A stretch of DNA of 64,000 nucleotides from Alphaproteobacteria bacterium (GTDB lineage: Bacteria > Pseudomonadota > Alphaproteobacteria > SP197): the NCBI GenBank assembly GCA_965228895.1, contig OZ245842.1, positions 2,208,001 to 2,272,000 of the forward strand. The letters are read 5' to 3'. Every line of letters starts with the position of its first letter. Positions within the stretch are counted from its first letter, which is position 1. A model generated the notes under the pieces. The model was not told the origin of the DNA. It saw nothing but the letters and a program-made list of their open reading frames with translations, and ran no database searches. A program made the translations under genes and the position numbers. Shown here one piece after another: positions 56,826 to 64,000 of this stretch.

Positions 56826-58119
56826 GCCCAACCAGCCGAAGCAAGCGGCCACCCGCACGCTGATCCTTTGCCCTTTGCTGCCGGGAAACCAGCGCAGCGA
56901 AACCCAGCGATTGGAAGAGGCGGCCGGACTTGCGCGCGCCATCGACCTTGAGGTGGTCGAGGCGCGGGCCGTTGCCGTGCGAGTGCCCAAACCCGGCACC
57001 TTGCTCGGCAAGGGTCAGGTCGAAGGTCTGGCGGGCGAAATCGCCGCCGACGAGGTCGGGTTGGTCGTTGTCGACTGGACGCTATCGCCGGTCCAGCAGC
57101 GCAATCTGGAAAAGGCTTGGAATACCAAGGTCATTGACCGCACCGGGTTGATCTTGGACATCTTCGGCGAGCGCGCGCGCACCAAGGAAGGCGTGCTGCA
57201 GGTCGAAATGGCGGCGTTGAGTTACCAGCGCAGCCGCTTGGTGCGGTCGTGGACCCATCTTGAACGCCAGCGCGGCGCGCTTGGATTTGTCGGCGGGCCC
57301 GGCGAGTCACAGCTTGAGGTCGACCGGCGTCTGATCGACGAGCGCCTGGCGCGCATCCGCCGCGAACTCGAGACCGTCGTGCGCACCCGTGAGCAGCACC
57401 GTCAGGCGCGCCGCAAGGTGCCGTATCCGATCGTCGCCCTGGTCGGCTACACCAACGCCGGCAAGTCGACACTGTTCAACCGGCTGACCGGTGCGGCCGT
57501 CTACGCGGACGACCAGGTCTTCGCGACCTTGGACCCGACCATGCGCGGCATCACGCTGCCGTCGGGCCGCAAGGTCATCGCGTCGGACACGGTCGGCTTC
57601 ATCTCCGATCTGCCGACCATGCTGGTCGCCGCGTTCCGCGCGACGTTAGAGGAGGTCATCGAGGCCGATGTCATCGTCCATGTGCGCGACATCAGCGATC
57701 CCGATACGGAAGCTCAGAAACAGGACGTGCTGGACGTCATGTCCCAACTGGGTCTTGACGAAAAGATCCAGGCCGACGGTGTTATCGAAGTACAGAACAA
57801 GATTGACCTGTTAGATCCCGAAGCGCGGGAGCGCGTCGATGCCGTGGTCCGGCGCCGGTCAGATACCGTCGCGATCTCGGCGGTGACGGGCGAGGGGATC
57901 GACCACCTGCTGGCGGTCCTTGATGAGCGGCTGATCGATGGTCGCCGTGTCGTTGACGTGGTCGTACCGGTCGAAGACGGCCGCGCCGTAGCGTTCCTCT
58001 ATAGCCACGGTGAGGTGTTGGAGCGGCACGACGACGACGCTGCGATCCGCATGAAGGTCGGCCTCGACCCGAAAGATCTGGCCCGCTACGAGCGTTTGGT
58101 CGCCGGCCGCGACGTCTGA
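56818..58119 (+). CDS. hflX: GTPase HflX (start uncertain: ACG 56818 proposed; first canonical start TTG 56875)
   Basis: [42 protein letters not shown]. Confidence 0.96.
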   Translation, partial: TPEPNQPKQAATRTLILCPLLPGNQRSETQRLEEAAGLARAIDLEVVEARAVAVRVPKPGTLLGKGQVEGLAGEIAADEVGLVVVDWTLSPVQQRNLEKAWNTKVIDRTGLILDIFGERARTKEGVLQVEMAALSYQRSRLVRSWTHLERQRGALGFVGGPGESQLEVDRRLIDERLARIRRELETVVRTREQHRQARRKVPYPIVALVGYTNAGKSTLFNRLTGAAVYADDQVFATLDPTMRGITLPSGRKVIASDTVGFISDLPTMLVAAFRATLEEVIEADVIVHVRDISDPDTEAQKQDVLDVMSQLGLDEKIQADGVIEVQNKIDLLDPEARERVDAVVRRRSDTVAISAVTGEGIDHLLAVLDERLIDGRRVVDVVVPVEDGRAVAFLYSHGEVLERHDDDAAIRMKVGLDPKDLARYERLVAGRDV

Positions 58120-58132
58120 CGCGATATCACCA

Positions 58133-58945
58133 TCACTCCGCCGCGTGGTGCTCGGCTTCCTTGGCCTCGTGCCACAGGCGGTCCATTTCCTCCAGCGTGC
58201 TGGCTTCGGGGCTGCGCCCATCGGCCTCCAACTGCGCCTCCACATGACGGAAGCGGCGCTGAAACTTGGCGTTGGTGCGCCTGAGCGCCGCCTCGGCATC
58301 GACATCCAGATGGCGCGCCAAGTTGACGATCGTGAACATAAGGTCGCCCAGTTCGTCCTCCAGCCGGTCATGAGCCGCGGCGGCAGTCATCTCGGCCTTC
58401 AACTCGTCGAGCTCCTCGTCGACATCGTCCAAAACGCGTACCGCGTCCGGCCAGTCGAACCCGACCCGCGCGACCCGTTTCTGGATCTTTTCGGCGCGGG
58501 TCAGGGCGGGCAGGGCGGCACTGACGCCGTCGAGCACGCTGGCTTGTCGCCCATCCCGTGAGGCGACCTCGGCCCGCTCGGCGGCCTTCATGTCTTCCCA
58601 CGCGACGGTCTGTTGTTCCGCGCCGTCGATGCCCGCTTTATCACCAAACACGTGCGGGTGGCGCCGTACCATCTTGTCGCTGATACCCCCGACGACGTCG
58701 CCAAAATCGAAATGGCCGGCTTCTTCGGCCATGCGGGCGTGAAACACGACCTGAAACAGCAGATCGCCCAATTCGCCCCTGAGTGCTGGCCAATCCTCGT
58801 TCTCGATGGCCTCGGCGACCTCATAGGCTTCTTCGATCGTATAGGGCGCAATGGATCGGAAGTCTTGCGCCACGTCCCAAGGACATCCGCCATCGGGGTT
58901 GCGCAGGCTTGCCATGATGTCGAGAAGGCGTTTGATGTCAGTCAT
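58133..58945 (-). CDS. mazG: Nucleoside triphosphate pyrophosphohydrolase MazG
   Basis: GCPWD, IEEAYEV, ELGDLL, RRHPHVF, second ELGD. Confidence 0.96.
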   Translation of the reverse strand: MTDIKRLLDIMASLRNPDGGCPWDVAQDFRSIAPYTIEEAYEVAEAIENEDWPALRGELGDLLFQVVFHARMAEEAGHFDFGDVVGGISDKMVRRHPHVFGDKAGIDGAEQQTVAWEDMKAAERAEVASRDGRQASVLDGVSAALPALTRAEKIQKRVARVGFDWPDAVRVLDDVDEELDELKAEMTAAAAHDRLEDELGDLMFTIVNLARHLDVDAEAALRRTNAKFQRRFRHVEAQLEADGRSPEASTLEEMDRLWHEAKEAEHHAAE

Positions 58946-59139
58946 ACCGTGATGCTGCCGTCGTATGGGGAAAGGCGGGTTCGCAATGCTTTTGCTACAG
59001 CGATGTCCGCGCTATGACCAGTCCAGGTGCCATCGAAGTCTTCCCGGGGATTTGAACCGTGGCATCATTCACCACGTATAGGGACCGGTCAGCCGGCGAT
59101 TCTGTGTGATTTCTTCCGAAAAAGGGCATTCTCATCAAA

Positions 59140-59820
59140 CTGCGTAGTCAAGCCCAAGCGGCCGCTCTAGCGCCGACGGCGGGCAGAAATCTGCGGCTTT
59201 GGGCCGAACTGCTGGTGTTGTTCATCGCCGCGCCGGTGATCATGGCGACGGACCTTCCCAGCAGCTTCATGTGGCCCGCTCTGGCCGGCATTGCGGTCGT
59301 CGGCGTGGTGCTGCTGAGCGTTACGCCGGGATTTCGCTGGCGCGACCTGGTGTCGCGGCAGGCGCTGCGGATCGATTGGCCCGTGGTCGCGATCTTTGTC
59401 GTCATCGCGGTCGCAGTCTGTGTCGCACTCACGGTCTGGCTGGTGCCGGAGCGGCTGTTCGGCTTTCCGCAAGGCCGGACCAAGATGTGGCTGGTTGTCA
59501 TGGTCGCTTATCCGCTGGTCTCGGCTGTTCCCCAAGAGCTCGTCTTTCGGGTGCTGTATTTTGAGCGCTACGGCGCGCTCTTTCCCAGCACCACGGTGGC
59601 GATCGCCGCCAACGCGGGAATCTTTGGTTTGGCGCATCTGTTCTATTGGAACTGGCCGGCCGTCGTCTTGACGACCGCGGCGGGTGCGCTGTTCGCCTGG
59701 GCCTATGCCAGCCGGCGGTCATTCGGCCAAGCCTGTCTGCTGCACGCGCTGGGCGGTCAGATTGTCTTTACGGTCGGCATGGGCGTTTACTTCTTCCACG
59801 GCGCCATTGGGCGCGTTTAG
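59140..59820 (+). CDS. CPBP/Abi family (CAAX-protease-like) intramembrane metalloprotease; start uncertain (CTG 59140 or GTG 59215)
   Basis: Multi-TM protein with QELVFR, FGLAH and HALGG motifs. Confidence 0.82.
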   Translation: MRSQAQAAALAPTAGRNLRLWAELLVLFIAAPVIMATDLPSSFMWPALAGIAVVGVVLLSVTPGFRWRDLVSRQALRIDWPVVAIFVVIAVAVCVALTVWLVPERLFGFPQGRTKMWLVVMVAYPLVSAVPQELVFRVLYFERYGALFPSTTVAIAANAGIFGLAHLFYWNWPAVVLTTAAGALFAWAYASRRSFGQACLLHALGGQIVFTVGMGVYFFHGAIGRV

Positions 59821-59854
59821 CGCGGCAAGGGCAGGGAACGGACACTTCTTCGCC

Positions 59855-60538
59855 ATGGACAACAAGATCTTTGCCTATTGCGAGCGTGGCCTGGACCCGG
59901 GCTTTTGGGCCGAACCGATCAACGCGGTCACCAACGCGGCCTTTATCATCGCCGGGCTCGCGGCCTTTTACTTGCTGGCGCGCCAGCCGGCCGGCAGCCG
60001 GCGCCTGGTCGATTACTGGCTGGCGGCACTCGTCTGCCTCATCGGGATCGGCAGTTTCCTGTTTCATACCCTGGCGACGCCATGGGCTGGCCTGGCGGAC
60101 GTTCTGCCGATCGCGATCATGATGCTGAGCTATCTGACGGTCGCGCTGCGCCGCTATCTCGGCGCCACTTGGCTGTGGACCGCCGCCGGGCTCGTCGTCT
60201 TTGTCGTGGCCTATGTCCTGGCGGGCCAGATCCCGTGCGATGGCGGGCGCTGCCTGAACGGCTCGCTCGGCTATGTTCCGGCGTTCATCGCGTTGATGCT
60301 GATCGGCGGCTGGCTGGTCGCGCGCGGCGACAAGCCGACAGGCTGGAGCTTGCTCGCGGGTGCGGCCGTGTTCGCGGCCTCGCTGGCGTTCCGCAGCATC
60401 GACTTCCACGTCTGCGACCACACCCATATCGGCCACGGACCGCTGGGCACGCATTTCATGTGGCACACGCTGAACGCCGTCATGCTGTTCATCCTGGTCC
60501 GCGCCGCCATCCGGTTTAAACGGCCAGATCGGGCCTGA
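59855..60538 (+). CDS. Ceramidase-domain (CREST superfamily) membrane hydrolase
   Basis: YCERG...AEPINAVTN, GSFLFH, THFMWH; about 7 TM. Confidence 0.85.
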   Translation: MDNKIFAYCERGLDPGFWAEPINAVTNAAFIIAGLAAFYLLARQPAGSRRLVDYWLAALVCLIGIGSFLFHTLATPWAGLADVLPIAIMMLSYLTVALRRYLGATWLWTAAGLVVFVVAYVLAGQIPCDGGRCLNGSLGYVPAFIALMLIGGWLVARGDKPTGWSLLAGAAVFAASLAFRSIDFHVCDHTHIGHGPLGTHFMWHTLNAVMLFILVRAAIRFKRPDRA

Positions 60539-60575
60539 GGGGACGGCTTATTGAAGCGTCGGCGTCCACACACCA

Positions 60576-60603
60576 AAGTCGCATAATATATATTATGGAA
60601 AAT
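60576..60603 (+). other. dif site (XerC/XerD chromosome dimer resolution site)
   Basis: AAGTCGCATAA-TATATA-TTATGGAAAAT has the 11-6-11 layout of E. coli dif GGTGCGCATAA-TGTATA-TTATGTTAAAT; AT-rich, intergenic, between convergent genes. Confidence 0.88.
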
Positions 60604-60629
60604 ACGAACCCTGTTAAGGCCAGCCTGGC

Positions 60630-61406
60630 TTAGAGGCTGATCTCCAGTCCGTCATAGCCCGGTTCGACGTGGTCCGGCGTCAGGCCGTCGATCGTCGCGT
60701 AATCGATGTCGTCGGACATGTGGCTCAACACCGCGTGGCCCGGCTTGGCGCGCTCGATCCAGGCAAGCGTGCGCTTGAGGTCGGAATGGATCGGGTTCTC
60801 TTCCATGTTCTGACAGTCGACGACCCACAGATCGACGCCGCCGATGACGTCAAACGCCGCATCGTCTAAGTGTTTCAGGTCGATGGAATACGCCGCGCTT
60901 CTGCCGCCGGCATCGAAGCGGAATCCCAGGGTTTCCATGACAACGTGGTCTTGGGCGAACGGCGTGACGCGGATCGGCCCGATGTCGAACGATTCGGCCG
61001 CGACGTTTGCCAGCAAATGCGGCTTGTACCAGCCGAATTTGGGATTCATGGGCTCAAAGATGTAGCTGAAACGGCTCTTCAGTTCGTCTATGGCCCGCTG
61101 ATTGCCATAAGCCGGCAAGGCTTTGTCGGCCTCGCGGCACAGGCGTCTTAGGTCGTCGATGCCATGGCAATGATCGGCATGGGCATGGGTGAACAGCACC
61201 GCATCCAGGCGTGTGATGGCGTGGCGAAACAGCTGTTGGCGCAGATCCGGCGATGTGTCGACGAGGATCCGCGTTTCCTCGTGTTCGATCAGGATTGACG
61301 ACCGCGTCCGGTGATTGCGTCGATCGGCCAAAAAGGCGCTGTCATACACCGCACCGATCTGCGGCACGCCCGCCGATGGTCCGCAACCCAAGATTATTGC
61401 TTTCAT
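60630..61406 (-). CDS. MBL-fold metallo-hydrolase (PhnP-like)
   Basis: ILGCG, LVDTSPDLRQQ, THAHADHCHGIDDLR, GYDG; follows tatD. Confidence 0.92.
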   Translation of the reverse strand: MKAIILGCGPSAGVPQIGAVYDSAFLADRRNHRTRSSILIEHEETRILVDTSPDLRQQLFRHAITRLDAVLFTHAHADHCHGIDDLRRLCREADKALPAYGNQRAIDELKSRFSYIFEPMNPKFGWYKPHLLANVAAESFDIGPIRVTPFAQDHVVMETLGFRFDAGGRSAAYSIDLKHLDDAAFDVIGGVDLWVVDCQNMEENPIHSDLKRTLAWIERAKPGHAVLSHMSDDIDYATIDGLTPDHVEPGYDGLEISL

Positions 61407-61407
61407 A

Positions 61408-62193
61408 TCAAAGGCGTGGGTCGGTCGCTTTAGAGAACAGCTTAAAGAAATTGTCGGTAGTCACCCCAGCCACCTGATCTTCCGGTATGTCTTTCAGTTC
61501 CGCCAGTACCGCTGCGGTTTTATTGACAAAAGACGGTTCGTTGCGTTTGCCGCGATAAGGCATCGGCGCCAGATACGGCGCGTCGGTTTCAACCAGCAGC
61601 CGGTCGAGCGGAATGGCCTGGGCGGTCTCGCGCAATTCCTCGGCCTTCTTGAAGGTCAGGATTCCCGACAGCGAGATCGAAAAACCGATGGCAAGGCTGC
61701 GCTCGGCGAGCTCCCGCGATGTGCTGAAGCAGTGGATGAGGCCGCTGAACGCGCCCTTGCCCATCTCGTCTTCCAGGATCGCCATGGTGTCGGCGTCGGC
61801 GTCGCGCGTGTGCACGATCAGAGGCAAGCCCGTCTCGCGCGCCGCGGTGATATGGGCGCGAAAACTGGCGCGCTGATCATCGCGCGGGCTGTGGTCGTAG
61901 AAGAAGTCGAGGCCCGTTTCGCCAATGCCAATGACCTTGGGATGGGCGGCCAGGGCAATGATCGCCTCGGGATCGGCAATGCCCTCGCTTTCGACGTTGT
62001 GCGGATGGACGCCGACCGAGCACCACATGTTGTCGAAGCGCTCGGCGATGGCGCGCACCTGGTCGAACTTGGTCAGCCGCGTGCAGATCGTCTGCATCAC
62101 GCCGACGCCTGTTTCGTGAGCCCGCGCCACGACATCGTCGAGTTCGTCGGCGAAATCAGGGAAGTCCAGGTGGCAATGGCTGTCGACCAGCAT
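61408..62193 (-). CDS. TatD family hydrolase
   Basis: LVDSHCHL, GVHPH, GETGLD, HCFS, ETDAPY. Confidence 0.95.
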   Translation of the reverse strand: MLVDSHCHLDFPDFADELDDVVARAHETGVGVMQTICTRLTKFDQVRAIAERFDNMWCSVGVHPHNVESEGIADPEAIIALAAHPKVIGIGETGLDFFYDHSPRDDQRASFRAHITAARETGLPLIVHTRDADADTMAILEDEMGKGAFSGLIHCFSTSRELAERSLAIGFSISLSGILTFKKAEELRETAQAIPLDRLLVETDAPYLAPMPYRGKRNEPSFVNKTAAVLAELKDIPEDQVAGVTTDNFFKLFSKATDPRL

Positions 62194-63752
62194 CAGGCGG
62201 CCCCCTCCTCCGGCTCCACATAGCGCGGGAAGACGGGCTCGGGCTTGGGCAATACCGTGCCCGGCACCAGGCGATGGTCGGCGCTGAGCGCGACAAAACC
62301 GCGTTTGTCGTCCGACACGCCCAACTGGTCGAGCATGCGTGACGCAGAATCCGGGACGAAAGGCTGGGTCAAAAGCGCCAGGTGCCGGATCGTCTCGCAG
62401 AGCACATAAAGCACGGTCGCCATGCGTTCGGGATCGGTCTTGCGCAGGGCCCACGGCGCCTGTTCGTCGACATAGCGGTTGGCGTCGGCGACCACTTTCC
62501 AGATCGCCGTCAGCGCCAGATGGAAGGCCTGGACGTCCAGGTGCGCCCTGACGTCGTCCAGCAGACCGTCGACCGCGCCCAACAGCGCCCCGTCGTCATC
62601 GGTGTATTCGCCGGGATCCGGCACCGCGCCACCGCAGTTTTTGGCGACCATAGAAAGCACGCGCTGGGCGAGATTGCCGAAGTCGTTGGCCAGATCGCCG
62701 TTGGCCCGGTGGACCATGGCGGCATGGGAAAAGTCGCCGTCATTGCCGAACGGCACCTCGCGCAGCAGAAAGTAGCGCACCTGGTCGAGGCCGTATTCCT
62801 CGACGATCTGATGCGGGTCGATGATGTTGCCCAGTGACTTCGAGATCTTCTGGCCTTCATTCGTCCACCAGCCGTGGGCGTAAACACGCTTGGGCGGCGC
62901 GATCCCGGCGGCCATCAGAAACGCCGGCCAATAGACCGCGTGAAAGCGCAGGATGTCTTTGCCGACCATGTGCACGTCGGCCGGCCAGAACTGTTGAAAC
63001 AGCTCACTGTTCTCGTCGGGAAATCCAACCGCCGTAATGTAGTTGGTCAAAGCGTCGAGCCAGACATACATCACGTGGTCGTCGTCGCCGGGCACGGGAA
63101 TGCCCCACTTGAAGCTGGTCCGGCTGACCGAAAGGTCCTGCAGGCCGCCTTTGACGAAGCTGACGACTTCGTTACGCCGGGTGGCCGGCAGGATCATGTC
63201 TGGGTGGGCGTCGTAGAGCTCGAGCAGCCGATCCTGCCACTGCGACAGCCGAAAGAAGTAGCTGGGTTCTTCGACCCACTCGACCGGCGCGCCGGACGGC
63301 GCGATCTTGCCGCCGTCAGGACCCTCGACAAGCTCGCCTTCGGTGTAGAACGCCTCGTCGCGCACCGAATACCAGCCGGCATACTTGCCCAGATAGATTT
63401 CGCCGGCATCGAACAAACGGGTCCACAGCGCCTGGACCGAGGCCTTGTGGCGCGGTTCGGTGGTGCGGATAAAGTCGTCGTTGGTGTAACCGAACAGGTG
63501 CTCGAGATCGCGGAAGCGTTGGGACACGCGGTCACAGAAAGCCTGCGGCTCGATCCCGGCGTCGTGGGCCGACTTTTCGACCTTCTGGCCGTGCTCGTCG
63601 GTGCCTGTCAGGAACATCACGTCATAGCCGTCCAGGCGCTTGAAGCGCGCCATCACATCGCAGGCCAGCGTCGTATAGGCGTGGCCGATATGCGGGTTGT
63701 CGTTGACGTAGTAAATCGGCGTCGTGATGTAGTAGCTGCGGTCCCCGGTCAT
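62193..63752 (-). CDS. metG: Methionine--tRNA ligase (short form)
   Basis: ITTPIYYVN, HIGH, GTDEHG, YVWLDAL, KISKS. Confidence 0.98.
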   Translation of the reverse strand: MTGDRSYYITTPIYYVNDNPHIGHAYTTLACDVMARFKRLDGYDVMFLTGTDEHGQKVEKSAHDAGIEPQAFCDRVSQRFRDLEHLFGYTNDDFIRTTEPRHKASVQALWTRLFDAGEIYLGKYAGWYSVRDEAFYTEGELVEGPDGGKIAPSGAPVEWVEEPSYFFRLSQWQDRLLELYDAHPDMILPATRRNEVVSFVKGGLQDLSVSRTSFKWGIPVPGDDDHVMYVWLDALTNYITAVGFPDENSELFQQFWPADVHMVGKDILRFHAVYWPAFLMAAGIAPPKRVYAHGWWTNEGQKISKSLGNIIDPHQIVEEYGLDQVRYFLLREVPFGNDGDFSHAAMVHRANGDLANDFGNLAQRVLSMVAKNCGGAVPDPGEYTDDDGALLGAVDGLLDDVRAHLDVQAFHLALTAIWKVVADANRYVDEQAPWALRKTDPERMATVLYVLCETIRHLALLTQPFVPDSASRMLDQLGVSDDKRGFVALSADHRLVPGTVLPKPEPVFPRYVEPEEGAA

Positions 63753-63785
63753 CCGAGACTCCCGTGCTGGCGTTTGTTCTTCGGG

Positions 63786-63849
63786 CTAGAGCGGATCGTG
63801 GTTCGATTGAACCGTCAAGCGGTTCCATCGAACCACGTGAATCCGCTCT
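63786..63849. repeat. Long palindromic intergenic element (REP/MITE-like)
   Basis: Nested pairs AGAGCGGAT/ATCCGCTCT (9 bp), CGTGGTTCGAT/ATCGAACCACG (11 bp), GAACCG/CGGTTC (6 bp) around a 5-nt loop. Confidence 0.8.
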
Positions 63850-63893
63850 CTATCTGCTCTATTGGTGGGCGCTATCGTTGCCCCGTATGCCGG

Positions 63894-64000
63894 TCAAGAG
63901 CGGGCGGCGTGTTCCATCGCATCAAACGTGCTCAAAACCACCTGTTTGCGGTCCAGATTGACGCTGATGGCCCGTTCCTGGAGCCGGCCCACCTTTTCCC
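63894..64000 (-). CDS. holB: DNA polymerase III delta' subunit, C-terminal end (truncated by window edge)
   Basis: EKVGRLQERAISVNLDRKQVVLSTFDAMEHAARS-stop; NLDRKQ-type C-terminus; lies upstream of metG-tatD. Confidence 0.7.
   Translation of the reverse strand, partial: EKVGRLQERAISVNLDRKQVVLSTFDAMEHAARS

Noticed and set aside
59043-59063. GGTTCAAATCC on the minus strand, resembling a tRNA T-loop or att remnant
   Set aside because: The flanks do not form the 5-bp T-stem and there is no acceptor stem or CCA.
59162-59170. CCGCTCTAG matching the end of the palindromic repeat
   Set aside because: Only 9 nt match and the flanks do not align; could be chance.

Overview
GC-rich (about 63% by eye) alphaproteobacterial chromosome segment, Rhodospirillales-like or an uncultured lineage, made almost entirely of conserved core genes. 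In order: 3' end of dnaE; rpsB-tsf-pyrH-frr-uppS-cdsA-dxr-rseP-bamA-skp-lpxD-fabZ-lpxA-lpxI-lpxB; gloA/gltA/gltX; comEC; lexA-moeA-moaC-trpCDG; a divergent polysaccharide deacetylase; trpE-ppiD; tpiA-secG-pyrG-kdsA-eno-ftsB; pdhABC-lpdA-lipA-ratA; cinA-pgpA-ispDF; dusB-ntrBC-ntrYX-trkA-dat-hfq-hflX; mazG; and MBL-tatD-metG-holB. I found no prophage, IS, CRISPR array, rRNA or tRNA, and no multi-gene novel system that I can support. The informative signals are small-scale: (1) a XerCD dif site at 60576-60603 with KOPS octamers pointing at it, so the window probably contains the replication terminus; (2) long-range complementary sequences bracketing tsf; (3) a natural Walker-B E-to-Q change in NtrX; (4) a probable ACG start codon for hflX; (5) a PdhB without the usual lipoyl domain; (6) an AT-rich rare-codon patch inside trpD; (7) a palindromic intergenic repeat with a degenerate second copy; (8) a small AANDN-motif membrane protein; (9) clear LexA and NtrC operators. 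All product calls come from recognising motifs and gene order, not from database searches.
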